Below, piece by piece: positions 50,421 to 64,000 of a stretch of 64,000 bases of DNA. Below the pieces are notes generated by a model. The model did no database searches. It was given only the letters and a program-made list of their open reading frames with translations, and was not told the DNA's origin. The stretch is taken from NCBI GenBank assembly GCA_951406725.2, contig OX597816.1, forward strand, positions 112,840,001 to 112,904,000. Direction: 5' to 3'. The position numbers were made by a program, and so were the translations under genes. The stretch is from Octopus vulgaris. Lineage: Eukaryota. The stretch's first letter is position 1, and each line of letters opens with the position of its first letter.

Positions 50421-51904
50421 GCATATCTTATAATTGTTATAACTATTGTTGTCATTAAATGTTAATCTGAAGCCCATCTGCATCCCCCACCCATCTCTTC
50501 ACTCATCTTAAGAAAATATCTGATTTAATTTTCTGGACTATTTGTCACTTCTGAAATAGTTTTCATCATCATTGTCACCATCACCACAAACACCACCACC
50601 ATTATCATCATCATTATGTCATCTTTGCTAAGAACCCTTTAATTGTTCAAGTGATTCGATAATTAGATGATGGCTACAAATACAGTTGTTATTTATCTAT
50701 GTTGACATGAAAGCACATGACGAGCTGTATAGTGAGGGTGTGGTGGGGAGAGGGAGAAATTCTTGGCCTTTCTCAGACATCTATTCCTGTATGTCTCCAT
50801 TGCTGAGATCTCTGAAATTAAAGGAGTGTGTGTGTATGTGTGTGTGATTGATTGCATGCATACACTGTATTTGTGTATGAGTTTTAGAAACGAAGTTGTA
50901 AGATCTTTGAGCATGCTTGTGTGTGTGTAAATGTTCATGTGTGAGCACAGGTAAATTTGTGTATGAGTTGTAGGAACAAGTGTGTGTGTAAACATGAGAA
51001 CTAATTATGTTTACTTGTGTTTGTGTGTATATAGACTTCTGTATGTGACAATAGATATGTATGTCATTTGTGTGTGTGTAGTATATCTAACACACAGTGA
51101 GTTAAAAAAAAACTGAATAAAATATACATAGCTTTAAAAAGATATCCAGTCATCTTAAGCAGATGCTCAACAGGACATCTTCCAATTCATGTTAAGTTGC
51201 AAAATAGCTCTACCAAAAGCTAAAACAAAAAAAAATTGCCCTAAAAATTCATGTGTGTATGCAATTTAAAAAATGCTTATCTTTGTATCGTGTGTATGTA
51301 TGTATGTATGAATATGTCTATATCACTCTACTTAATTTTGTGTGCAATGTATATATTTGTGTTATACATGTTGTTATTTAATCCTAGACTAACCATGATG
51401 GAACCAAAGATAATCCAGGAATGACTATCACTTCATTTTTTTAAGCATAGTGTACCTCAGACTAAATTCTGTAGTGTCTCATTTGTTTGGGTGTAGTTTA
51501 AGAAAGATTTGGCTACTATTTTTAGTAAGTCAAGTAACCTTATAGTGGCTTCTTCTCTGGCTCTGTTATATGTTTTGTTGTTTAGCCCTGAAGCTAATTT
51601 TGAAGAAACAAACCAGTGTTATATTTTGTTTGTTTGTTCTCTTGACAATGTGTGTTTAGAACTACATTATACAATCTGTTCTCTATTTTCTAGATAGTGG
51701 AATGTGACTTGAAAGAAAGACTTAGCTCCTATTTCTAGCCCAATGAGTGATCATAAATGCTCCTTTACTGGTTCAGTGATATATTTGTTGTGTGTATGTG
51801 AGTGCTTGCCTATAAGTGTTTGTATTAGATGCAATTTTTTGAAATTGAAATTGCAGGGCATTAAGAAACCCAAAGCATTTTCATACCTTTGAGCAATAAC
51901 TGCT

Positions 51905-52140
51905 TAATCCTTTTTGTTACCATATTTCTATTGAAATAAACTGCTTTTGTTTCAATTAATTTTGAAAATAACGAAAAATTTAGTAAAACAATTTTGTCAT
52001 TATTAAATTTGTGTTTGGAACTTAAATTAACATGAAATTTTGATGGGAGATTTTACTTTGATGGAAGGTTTCACTTTGAAACATAACGTTGGTATTATGC
52101 AACCAATGGCACTCGCTAGCACTTTGGTATCAAAGTTATC
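51905..52140. mobile_element. piggyBac-type MITE related to family 2
   Basis: TTAA-tcctttttgttacc start; body (tttcaattaattttg..aatttagtaaaa..tcattattaa) aligns with 21548-21776; right TIR degenerate. Confidence 0.65.
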
Positions 52141-52159
52141 CAAAAAAGGATGATATTCA

Positions 52160-52480
52160 CACTTGGTTAGGCACTCCATCAGTTATGACAACGAATGTTC
52201 CGGTTGATTTGATCAACAGAACAACCTGCTTGTGAAATTAATGTGCATGTGGCTGAGCACTCCACAGACACGCATATACTTAACGTAGTTCTCAGGGAGA
52301 TTCAGAATGAAACACAAAAGGTAACAAGGGTGGCCCATTGAATTACAGGTATTAACTCATTTTTGCCAGCTGAGTGGACTGCACCAATGTGAAATAAAGT
52401 GTCTTGCTCAAAGACATAATGTGACACTAGGAATTGAACTCACTACCTTACAATTGTGAGCTGAATACACAAGCCACAAG
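52160..52480 (-). mobile_element. SINE family C variant
   Basis: caatgtgaaataaagtgtcttgctcaaagacataatg...ggaattgaactcac is the reverse of a tRNA head plus Meta-like domain. Confidence 0.7.
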
Positions 52481-54177
52481 CCTTAGTTACTATGAATGCA
52501 AAATGGAAAATACAGTAACTTGGTGCTGAGTAAACATTATTCACTGATTGCTTGCTGTTGTTTAGATCTGGGTCAGAATCATTTAAACAGGTCTGTAAGA
52601 GACATTCCAATATACTGTTTTATCCAGACATAGCGTATCTAGTATTAAAACATCCAATGTATCCTTTCTTTTTTAAAAATGATAGGGTGTGAGTTGAGGG
52701 AAATTTGACTAATATCTAAGTAGCCAAACAATAGAGAACAATCGAGGGGGTGGGGGCTTGATGTATGTTTGAGTATGAAGAATTTTTTCAGATAAATAGA
52801 GTCTAAAGTAACATGATCAGTTGCAATAGGAAGTAAGTGTGTCAACAATATAATAGGACAATCGTCTCCTTGGTTATGAGCCAATAAATACTAACAGGAA
52901 AGTGAAATTTTCACTGTTCCTAAATCTTGACTTTATGAAGCATGGCTGTTCCTTTTAATATCTCTTGAAGTTATAGATGGTGAACCCCATGTATTTCCTC
53001 TGGTTGCAATCAAGCAGTGAATCTGATACTTGGTCTACCATTCCTTTGGAGAGACAAGATTTTCAAGATGACTTTGCTGTATGTTTGAATTATATGTACA
53101 ATTCATCCAATGAGCTTCTACACAATTTCCTTTTTCTCAATTTCACTCACAAGCTATGGGTCATCCTGAGGCTGTATAAAATGATTTTGCTCAACATGCC
53201 ATGCACTGGGATCAAACCCAGAATCCTGTAGTTTCAAAGTGAACTTCCTAATCATTTAACTTTGCTGTGCCTACACACATGCATATACAGGCGAGATATA
53301 TGCATATACTCTAAAACATGAAGAACATTGGATAATGTAGTCTGAGATAAACTACACATGAATAGATGAGATGGTCATGGCTAGTATACCTTTAATCATT
53401 GGTTTGCTTGGCTGAGGTTGACCTGGGGCTAAACAACAACTCACATTTTGCTTTGCTTTCTAAGCCATGTTTTAAAGATTTTTCTTCCAATTATTTCTGC
53501 TCTGGAATTTCATTGTTGTTGTTCAGTGTCTGTACAATCTTTGCCTCTTTCTATTAGCCTTCTAAATAAACATCAATGACACTAACTTAAAAAAAGGAAG
53601 AAGAGAAAAATCATGAGAACTGTTATTTTTCAGCCAAACAATTTCTTTAAAGGCTGTAATTGAAAGAAAACTGAAGCAATATAATCAATAAAGTTTCTTA
53701 GTAATGTTTGGTATATTGTACGGTTCACTAATATCTGAAACCAGTTGTTTTGGGTTCTTTACATCTAAGTTGCATAGAGCACAAGTGTTGAGATGCGTTT
53801 TGGTTCTGTAAAAGATAACATTTTTTTGGTAGCTTTATGTGTGTACATATAATAAGGGCAAGTGACCTAGTGGTTAAAGCACTGGGTTCATGATCACATA
53901 GTCATGTGTTCAATTCCTGGAACAGCCAGTACATTGTGTCCTTGTGCATGGTACATAATTTCACATTGCTCCAGTCTACTCAACTAAAATGAGTATCAGC
54001 TGAGTGCTGACAAAGCCCTTTTTCTTTCCTCCAGTTTTCACATTCTTGATATTTTACTGGGTTAAATGTTGCCAAGTGACTGTACATGTCTGATTACAAC
54101 TACCTAGCTACCTAAAACAATTAACTAAAACATGGTATGTTTTTACTGCTATGCTTTTATGTATATATATATATTTT

Positions 54178-54376
54178 TTTTTACTTGTTTCAGTCATTTG
54201 ACTGCGGCCATACTGGAGCACCACCTTTAGTCGAGCAAATCGACCCCAGGACTTATTCTTTGTAAGCCTAGTACTTATTCTATCGGTCTCTTTTGCTGAA
54301 CCGCTAAGTGACAGGGACGTAAACACACCAGCATCAGTTGTCAAGCGATGTTGGGGGGACAATCACAGACACACAA

Positions 54377-54467
<91 letters not shown>

Positions 54468-54623
54468 ATGGGCTTCTTTCAGTTTCCGTCTACCAAATCC
54501 ACTCACAAGGCTTTGGTTGGCCTGAAGCTATAGTAGAAGACACTTGCCCAAGGTGCCATGCAGTGGGACTGAACCCAGAACCATGTGGTTGGTAAGCAAG
54601 CTACTTACCACACAGCCACTCCT
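54178..54623 (-). mobile_element. SINE family A, young full-length copy with internal (AC)n(AT)n
   Basis: Complete from head (aggagtggctgtgtggtaagtagcttgc on the minus strand) to tail (caaatgactgaaacaagtaaaa). Confidence 0.95.
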
Positions 54624-55687
54624 ATTTAATAACAAAAGTAAATTAGACATTAGATCGTCTGAGATAACTGGTATGTAGCAAAGGGTTCACATCACTATGA
54701 TAATGGTACATTTTTCTGTTATAGTGATAATGTGTTAGATGTTCAGCACAACTAGCAGACACATGTTTCATGGCATTATTGTTGTCAGCCATTCATTATA
54801 GATGATCTGAATGTAATTCTTTTATTATCAAAAATACTACTTGAATTATTTAACAAGATGAAATTAATTAATAAGGATACTACATAGATACTATCATTAT
54901 TAAAATGTATATATAGTCTTTAAAAAAATAAGTAACTGTTCTTAAAAAACTGTAACTGTTATAATGAACTGTCACCCTATATGTTTCAATTGAGAATGAA
55001 AGAATAAGGTATTGAAAGTATTTAAACAGAGATGCTTGCATTCTGCATTTTACATCTTTCTATACTAGTTCACTTTCATAGGTTGACTTGACAATATATA
55101 CAATTTTAGAGCATACACAAATAAAGTTGAAAGTCACTTTCGAATTTGCATATTGTTTTGAAAATATATGAAATTTACTAATGAATTTTACACAGCGATT
55201 ATAATAAAACTGACTAAACACTTCATTTCCTATGCACTATAACATTAAAAAAAAAACTGTTTAATACATGAGATACATTTTTTCTAGCTTTTCACAGCTT
55301 ATTAATAGTGATGTGGTTTATACATGAGTGTACTTTATAGAAATGAATAAGATATGTTAATATTGTATGTTAGAGAAAGTTTGTAATGTAGAAATTCCTT
55401 CTGACAAAAGAAAATATATTTTCATCTACCTTCCGTGATGGCATAGATTGGATGAGTCATCAAGATCTAAATCAGTTTTTATTCAGAGTCACTGACTTTT
55501 TAGATTGGTTGAAGAATCACATCTTGCTCAAAACATTCCATTTTTGGTATCATTTCTTAGGCTGCATGCACCTTCAAACACCAACCATTTTACAAAGTGT
55601 ACTGTATTCATTCTGTCATTGCACTAACACTTGAAATTCAGTCATGTTTTCACTATAGGGGCCTCTCAACTCTATATTGCATCTGTT

Positions 55688-56078
55688 CGGCTGTGTGGTA
55701 AGTAGCTTGCTTACCAACCACATGGTTTCCGGGTTCAGTCCCACTGCATGGCACCTTGGGCAAGTCTCTTCTACTATAGCCTTGGGCCGACCAAAGCTTT
55801 GTGAGTGGATTTAGTAGACGGAAACTGAAAGAAGCCCGTTGTATATATGTATATGTATATATATATGTGTTTGTGTTTGTTACCCCCAACATCGCTTGAC
55901 AATTGATGCTGGTGTGTTTACGTCCCTGTAACTGTTCAGCAAAACAGACCGATAGAATAAGTAATAGGCTTATAAAGAATAAGTCCTGGGGTCGATTTGC
56001 TCGGCTAAAGGCGGTGCTCCAGCATGGCCACAGTCAAATGACTGAAACAAGTAAAAGAGAGTAAAAAAAAAGAGAGTA
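55688..56078 (+). mobile_element. SINE family A, young full-length copy
   Basis: Reverse-complement match to 54178-54623. Confidence 0.95.
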
Positions 56079-57981
56079 ATCACTTCATATTGTATTGTGG
56101 GTGAATTGTACTTATGAGGTTTTCCTTGTGATCTGCTAGACTAAACCATTGACACTCTTCTGTGGTGAACAGAAGAGTGAGTAAGAAATAAGAGGAGAGC
56201 AAGATTATGACGAAAGAGAACAAGATAGTGATGGGGGGAGTAATGGTAAAGATATAAAGCTGGAGGGAGAGTATGTGGTGGTAGTGGGGGGAAAACAGCA
56301 TACTGTTACAGTGGCTCTGAGAGAGATTGAGTGGAGGAAGAATAAAAGAGATAGTGACAGAGAGAATAGTGATAGAAAGATGAGAAGCTATCAATGTGCA
56401 GATGGTGGCTTAACAGGGCATATTGGACCACAGGCCTAAATGTCGGAGGTTAGGAGGCAGCGGATGGAGACTTAAGAGAGATATATTGAATATCCCAGCT
56501 TCCATCGTTACAATCATTTTAATATTCACTGTGCCATGCATGAACAGGTGGGCGTATAATTTTGATTAATCTAAGGAAGCAAAATCTCCAATACAAATTG
56601 CTTGAGATAAGCTAAGAAGTTAACTGAATGTGGTTGCTACAACAGATTAATAAGATTTGAAGAAAATCCATGCATTTTAAAATTCTATGCACGTATTTTA
56701 AAAACGTAGTTTCATTCTTAATTTCTTGTCTGTTGTTCCATTTTAAGTTCAGTGAAGCATTAATTTAATTTATTTTAAATAAAATTTGAAACAAAAGTAA
56801 ATATTTGCATAAAAGATATCTTTAAAACTCATTTCTAAACATTTTCTTATATCTTTTAATAAGAAGAGAACAACCAGTAGCATTTGTATATTACAAAAGA
56901 ATTATACTTCCCACTGAAAACTTATATAATTTCAAAATTACAGACTTATCTTCTAACGTTTTGCTAAAAACGACTTGAATAAGCTCCAGAGAAACTAGGA
57001 CAGAGCTGTTCTTTGATGTCTTGTTATTATTGTTGTTGTTGCTGCTGCTGCTGCTGGTGTCTTATATTTATGATCTTCAGTTGATTTAGTTACAAATACC
57101 AATAATATTTCTTAGAAACAATTTGTAATGTATTACTTTTTAACATGACTTCTAAAAGCAGATGGAAGTAAAAGTTATATCATTTTAATAAATAGATTCT
57201 TCATATGTTCTGATTATGTTTTCCGGCAATATATGAGAAATTCTTGTTATTTTACTTATGTATTTAGCTTGTAATTCTGAAGGCACATAATTAGTTGTCT
57301 TATCTAAAACATATGTAATATTTACTGGTATCTTTACCCTATTCAAGTAACCTATGTAAATACTAATACTTAATTTATGTTTTTCTAATGTGAAACACAA
57401 AAATGTAGATTATCCTTTTGCTTGATTGGCAGAAAGAATTTTCGGTACATTATGTTATTGTTTAGCCCTAGACACACTTATCCATAGTTATTCCATCCAT
57501 GACTATCCTATCTATTTTTTTATAGAAAATTTATGCCCCAGATTTCATTACTCAACTCATACATATTAAAGATGGCAGGGGGTGATATATGTGAGATTTT
57601 CCTACTATTCCTAGCAGATCAAGCAACCACTTAAAAAGTTTGTTGGCTTATAGCAATCAGTTATCACCATTATCATTTTAACATATAATTTTCCATGCTT
57701 TCAATGGTCACACAAGAATATATTGGATCAGAATTTCTACTGCCAAAATGCCCAGACGCCCTACTGTCACTAACCTCCTCTTGCTCTGAAATAGGGGTAA
57801 TAATCTCCCAGTCTATTGAATAAAAAAAAACAACCCAGACATTCTTTCTTGGTGGTTCTCATGCAAGCCCATTGTTTACAAATCAAAGAAAGCAGGGGGA
57901 ATATGAACTCCCACATACATATATAAATATAAGTACACATGTACATTACATACATACATACATATGTATGTATATGCACAT

Positions 57982-58785
57982 ATCATCATCATCGTTTAAT
58001 GTCTGTCTTCAATGCTGGCATGGATTGGATGGGAGCTGTCTAGACTCAAAATCGTCTGTTGTGACATGTTTCTACAGCTGGATGCCCTTCCTAATGTCAA
58101 CCACTTTATAGCATGTACTAGGTGCCTTTTACATGCCACAAGTGCATTTTATGTGGCACTGTCATCATCTGTAATGGACAAACCTTTATGTATGGATGAC
58201 AGTGATTTCACTTAGTTTGACACATCTTCTCAAGTACACCAAATTGCCTCGACTCCCAGTCCCTTGTCATTTCCTCAGTGAGGCCCAGTGTCTGAAGATC
58301 CTATACATACATATGTACAATAAGCTTCTTTCACTTTCTCTCCACCAAATCCACTAATAAGGCTTTAGTTGGCCCAAGGCTATAATAAAAGACACTTGTT
58401 CAAAGTACCATACAGTGGGTCAACCTAAAACCATATGGTTGGGAAGTAAACACTTAACCACTCAGCCATGCCTGCACCCAATCATCATCATCATCATTGT
58501 TGTTTAACATCCACTTTCTATGCTGGCATGGGTTGGATGGTTTGACTGAGGACTGGCAAACCAGAAGCTGTGCCAGGCTCCAGTCTGGCATCACGCTTAA
58601 ATGGTGCTTTTTACATGCCACCTGCATGGGGGCCAATCCAGTGGGACTGGCATCAACCATGCTCGAATGGTGCTTTTTATGTGCCACCATTCAGGTGCCA
58701 GTCAGGCAGTAATAGCATCGGCCACGACAATGATTTCACTTGACTCAATAGGTTTTCTCAAGCACAGCATATTACCCAATGATTG
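57982..58785 (-). mobile_element. Nested cluster: RTE 3'-UTR repeat (57982-58300), SINE A head (58320-58475), RTE 3'-UTR repeat (58481-58785)
   Basis: catcatcatc..tttaa..catgctggcatgggttggatgg starts twice, with a family A head in between. Confidence 0.8.
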
Positions 58786-58809
58786 AATAGTGATAACTGT
58801 GAGAGAAGT

Positions 58810-59085
58810 GATTAACAAAGAATATCCAGTTCTGTGTTGCATTAATAATTTCAGAAAAGAGCTTTGATAGGGTTCCATGTAGTACAGGCTGATAGGCAAT
58901 AAGAAATTATAAATTAATGATTTTGAGTCAGTAGTTTCACATGAATCGAATAAAAAAAGGAATTTAGTAAAATGAGTACAATGGAAATGTTGTTATATAA
59001 TTGGGTATTCATCAAGGTTCTAACTGTAGCCCTATTTTCGTCATTCTGATCTTTAAGACATAATGAATGAGTTGAAGACTATTCT
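58810..59085 (+). mobile_element. Old RTE reverse-transcriptase relic
   Basis: gctttgatagggttcca (AFDRVP) and ggtattcatcaaggttct..agccct (GIHQGS..SP). Confidence 0.55.
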
Positions 59086-60203
59086 CATTACAAAATCTGT
59101 CAAAGATCTAAAGATTCAACTGGGTTGGCAACTTATTGAAAGGATGAGCATCAATAAACTTGATCATTATCGGGATCTCTAGGATTAGTTGAAGGAAGTT
59201 GTTCCCAAATTGGAAAGTATGTTGAATGTTTGCCACAATGGATTCTGCTAAAGGCTTCCTCAGATCAGGAAACCATGATAATAAAAGGATCAGAAAGCAA
59301 ATATATTTTTCAGATTCTCTTCATATATCAGTAAAAGTTAACAGATATTGATGTCTTTTAACATGATCTTCCTGCATTTTAAGATGATATTTCAAATTTA
59401 ATATTTTTACAATATCAATCAAGTTTATACTTCAGTTGATGATCTATTAATTATTAAATTATGATCTATCAATTATTAAATTATTAAATGTTTTTTTTTT
59501 TTGTACTCATTTCTAGTTAGTATATATTTTGTTTGCTCTAACTGTCTTTGTTGAGGTTACTTTGCTAGTTATAATTTTATCCACAGATATCATGTATCAA
59601 ACTTTGCCTCTTCCATCTGTTTAACATTCAAAGCAAGTCTAGAACTTTATGTGAGGCTTCAAATAATCTCATTTGTAAAACATTCAGTGGCATTCTTTCA
59701 CACATTTTCTACATGAATTTAATCCTTAAAGAAATGTGCTATCCATACAATGTTAACATATTTCATGCATAGTGGTTTTACCATTGTCTTGGATAAGTTT
59801 TTCTTTTTTTTATTTCCTATCAGGTTCTTCTTTTATTCTAAGAACTTTAGCTCTCTTAACTGCAGCTGTGGCTCATTTGCAGACATTTCAGTCTTTATCA
59901 ATTATAGTACCACCTCAAGTCTCTTTGTTAACAACTTTGAAGATATTTTTGAATTTACATTATTTAATACAAATGTAAGCCTTTACATTTTTCTTCATAT
60001 TGAATGATTTCTTTATATCATCTCACAGCATATCAATGTCTGCTACCTCAAATGAATATGCTAGTGATCAAAAGATATTGTAAATACCCAATAGCATCAA
60101 GATGTTGTTCCTGGGTGTGATTAAACATAGACCTCATTCAAAGAATGGATAAAATGGGCAAAATAATTTCCTGTCGTCAATTAGGAGATGAGATTCTTTA
60201 AGG

Positions 60204-60595
60204 CCATGGTCCCTGACTTTTTTTAGCACCACTGACTAGTTTCCTGCAAAATAGCTTTTCCATAAACTGAGGAATTACCAGTATCACCATTATCATCATC
60301 TAACATCTGTTTTCCATGCTGGCATGGGTTGGATGGCTTGACCAGAGCTGACAAGCAGGAAAGCTGCACTAGGTTCCAGTCTGATTTGGCTTGATTTCTA
60401 CAACTGGATGCTCTTCCACTTTACACTTCCACACCAGTCACTTTACAGAGTGTGGTGGGTGCCTTTTACATGGTACTGACAGACTGCAATAATCAATGGA
60501 ATATAAAAATAAAATTTTGAAATTTCTTCTACAGCCTAGTACTAAATGATCCACAGCCTAGTTCTGGTCCACAGCTCAAAGGTTGTGGACCCCTA
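60204..60595. mobile_element. hAT (Charlie/MER1-like) MITE with 8-bp TSD and a nested RTE 3'-UTR insertion (about 60290-60485)
   Basis: ctttaagg at both 60196-60203 and 60596-60603; termini ccatggtccctgacttttt / aaaggttgtggaccccta. Confidence 0.75.
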
Positions 60596-60652
60596 CTTTA
60601 AGGCACAGCAAGATAAGACCATTTGTGGCCCTTAATTGGAACCAATAGACTA

Positions 60653-60989
60653 CCGTATTTGATGGCCTATAAGATTCACCTTTTTTTTTTTTACCCCAAA
60701 ATGGCTTTAAAAATCCCCCTACATCCAATGCACTCAATGTAGGCTCAAAACTCACTCAAAACAGTATCTATGTTTATAAAATGTATGCTGCCATCTATTG
60801 GTGAACAATCGCCTACGGTATGTTTATATCAAACATGGATGCAATAAATTGCTTATAGTTACTGGTAATAACATAAAGTTATACAGGTAGGTGGAGGAAT
60901 TAAAATATTATTTTAGTGGTAATTTATTTTACAAAAATATAGTCTCAGTGTCCTATGCACTCACACATCTTATAGGCCATCAAATATGG
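60653..60989. mobile_element. pogo/Tigger-type MITE with TA TSD
   Basis: TA-ccgtatttgatggcctataagat...atcttataggccatcaaatatgg-TA (TIR matches at 22 of 23 positions). Confidence 0.88.
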
Positions 60990-62304
60990 TATTCAGAAAG
61001 ATGAATAGCAGGTTGATGTTACTTTGCCTCATTTCAGTCCTGACTGTGCAGACCTATGATTAAAGACATTCTAGTTGTAACCATCTTGTTTTATTTTCAT
61101 ATAGTTTCTCCAGAACTATACTATCCAGTGTATCACATCTTTCCTGAGATAGTGGAGTAGAATTCAATGGAGATTGGGGTGTTATTTCTTACAGGCAAGC
61201 AGCTGTGTAGAGGCTTCTTTTTTGACTCTATGTGTTGATAAATTCTCCTAGAAGATAACAATAAGTACAACTTTTTTACACAGAGAAGGAAGTGAGGTGT
61301 CATATATAATGGTTATTGAATGAAAAATCTCTGCAGCTTTAGAGAAAATAACTTGGGTACAATTCTTCAATGTGTAATATCAAGTATCAAGAAAGACTAA
61401 ACACAGAGGAGTTGTTTACAAGCTATTAATAAATCAAGCTTAAAAAATGAACTTATGTACATGAAAACATCTTTAGCCTGTAGATTACAAAATAGGCATC
61501 ACAGATACTAGCTGATGTAAACATTTATGTTACAGCTACAGAATGCAAATGGAAGGTATATATATCAAGTGAATCATTGCCCTGCTTCAATGTGTCATGA
61601 TAAATACAACAAAGGTAACATGACATAAAATCAAAGTATACAGAGAGGTATGCACAAACACAGAGCTTCCAACAGAGGGCAGCAAAGCAAGAGTTATAAT
61701 TATGTCTCTTAATTCAAACATTGAATTGGCTGAACTGTATTTCAATACCCATCCCCTTCTCTCTCTCTCTCTCTTTCAATCTTAATCTCTTAGTCTATTA
61801 TAAACACATGGTTTTGGATTCAGTCCCATTCTGCACCACATTGAACGAATGTCATGTACTATAGCCTCAAGCCAATCAAACCTTGTGAAGTGGATTTTGG
61901 TACAGGTAGAAACTGAGGATGTGTGTGTGTGTCTTCTTGTCTTGATATTGTTCATTAGTTGTCAACAAGTGGTGTCATTTATTTTCAGCTAAGGTAAAAA
62001 ACACTTGCCCAAGATGCCAGGTGGAGGTATTGAATGTAGGGACCTTGTGATTGTGAAGCAGATCTCTTAAATATATCAGTCATGCTGTGTTGCAATATTT
62101 TATGGAGGAAACATTCGATCTTTTATCTTGAATATTTACACTTGGTGACTTGTAAGAGAACCCCCATTATATTTTGAAAGTTTTACGACTAGACAATGAT
62201 GATTAATAACTAAATGTAATGGGTTGTGACTAAACAATGATGTCTGACAATGATAGTTTTGACTAAAGAATGTAAATCAAAAGTATCAGAAAATTATGTG
62301 TGTG

Positions 62305-62700
62305 TGTAAGTGGCTGTATGGTAGGAAGCTTCTGGGTTCAGTCCCACTGCATGACACCTTGAGTAAGTGTCTTTTACTATAGCCTCGGGCTAACCAAAGC
62401 CTTGTAAGTGGATTTGGTAGGCAGAAACTGAAAGAAGCCCATTATATGTATATATATATGTATATATATAATAATATGAATATATTTGTGCGTCTGAGTT
62501 TGTCCCCACCACCATTACTTGACAACCGATGCTGTTGTGTTTATGTCCCCATAACTTAGCGGTTCAGTAAAAGAGACCAACCAATAGAATAAGTACTAGA
62601 CTTACAAAGAATAAGTCCTGGGGTCAGTTTGTTTGACTAAAGGCAGTGTTCCAGCTTGGCTGCAGTCAAATGACTGAAACAAATAAAAGAATAAAAGAAT
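62305..62700 (+). mobile_element. SINE family A, near full length
   Basis: Colinear with 55688-56078, with a small deletion in the head. Confidence 0.92.
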
Positions 62701-63450
62701 GTATATATTTACACACACACACATGCATTTTGATTTGTAAACAAAGCTTTATTCTATCAATATATTCATCCTTCCATTAATTGCTTAACACATGCATACA
62801 CAAATAAATTCATCTGTCTGACAGACAAATTTTTAATTGCTGGCATTTCTACTACTGTTAATTAATCCTGTAGTTTTGCTGTTAGCATATGAGAACCCAT
62901 GAAATGGAAAAATATCTTACTTGGAAAACTGGTATGGGTTGATGAGTGTTGGTGACAAAAAAATGCAACAAGTTGTAGAAAATCTCCCTCAGCAAGTTAA
63001 GTCTAACCCATGCCAGTATAGAAAAATGACATAGAAACAAATGAATTTCAAATTGCTTCAACATCATCCTGTGCTATTGATATTAAAGATCCTTGTTGTC
63101 ACTTTATTAGTTTTTAGTAGTTGGCTTATTTCAATTGATAAATTTGTTAACTAGAAATAACTACATCAAGCAGTTACTGAGTTTCATCGCAAATTTTGTT
63201 AGCAAAATGTTTGGTTAAAGTGTAACTTCTTGTTCTCTTCTTTTCTTTTCACACATTCTCTGTGGGTTTGATGGAATGGGCAGTGTGGCTAATTCCATTA
63301 ATATTCATTCTGAACCTTCACAAGTCAATTGCAGGGAAGGAATTGGGAATTTCTGGACTGGAAAGACTGACCAGAGTTAGTCCCTTATCTTGTTCAGTAT
63401 GATCAGTTGAAATTTTGATTTCATGAAATGTTATAGTATATATTTGGTGG

Positions 63451-63568
63451 TCTTTCTTTCTTTCTTTCTTTCATTTTATTTCTTTCTTTTCTTTTATTTC
63501 TTTCTTTCTTTTCTTTTATTTCTTTCTTTCTTTCTTTTCTTTTATTTCTTTCTTTCTTTTTTTTTTTG
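63451..63568. repeat. (TTTC)n / T-rich low-complexity repeat
   Basis: Seen directly in the sequence. Confidence 0.9.
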
Positions 63569-64000
63569 TAAATTCATTCAGAAAGTATTTTATGATCACT
63601 TTTTATCTGAAGTTTTCCTTATTTCCAGAAATGTCTTTATTATTCATATATAGAAAACACAAGACAAGTGAGTAAATGAGAGAGAGAGAGAATGAATTTA
63701 CATAGTCATTCAGCCTACTAGAAACAGAAGTTAATTACCCTTGAAATTTTCACCCCAAATGGATGATTGATCACAGCTGTAATTCCATTGATCCCAGGTC
63801 TGTTTGATCAAAACTGACCAGCAGCTAAACAGCAACAACAACAACAATGATGCCTTTGTAAATGCTGACCTTGTTCATTATCAAAATAAACCAGTTTCTC
63901 TAAAATTCACATCCTGTTCCATATATTGATGTTTTAGTGTCAGAACATTTTCACAATTTCTGGATTGTTTCTTCAAACCAGAATGAATGTTAAATTACAT

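Noticed and set aside
59400-60070. Possible hAT transposase C-terminal relic on the minus strand
   Set aside because: Only a CER-like tripeptide and A-rich composition; too weak to call.
1-64000. Minus-strand bias of LINE fragments implying a plus-strand host intron
   Set aside because: Several LINE pieces (13785, 30160, 41060, 48330, 58810) are on the plus strand; the counts are too small and skew was not computed.

Overview
AT-rich eukaryotic non-coding DNA, very probably from an octopus (coleoid cephalopod). That call rests on the SINE families, the RTE 3'-UTR repeats and the dense (AT)n/(ATT)n/(AC)n microsatellites, recognised from memory rather than by database search. I could not confidently identify any intact host gene, RNA gene, CRISPR array or prokaryotic system. 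Nearly all ORF-track calls are microsatellite artefacts or transposon fragments. The window is a layered graveyard of mobile elements. It holds at least four tRNA-headed SINE families and a non-tRNA short repeat with (AAC)n tails. LINE fragments come from the RTE, R4/Dong and CR1 clades. There are Penelope-like ends with degenerate hammerhead cores, piggyBac/pogo/mariner/hAT MITEs and transposase relics, and a non-autonomous Helitron. Five structures stand out. (1) One RTE appears split into two oppositely oriented halves about 8 kb apart that overlap by 23 bp, a probable inversion with staggered breakpoints. (2) An 86-bp near-perfect hairpin resembles a MADE1-type mini-MITE. (3) A 155-bp direct repeat brackets a truncated RTE. 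(4) R4/Dong elements lie tail-to-tail with SINEs in SINE-derived (ATT)n tracts. (5) A young 7x38-bp array was amplified from a SINE 3' end. Coordinates of degenerate elements are approximate, and all family names were assigned by eye.
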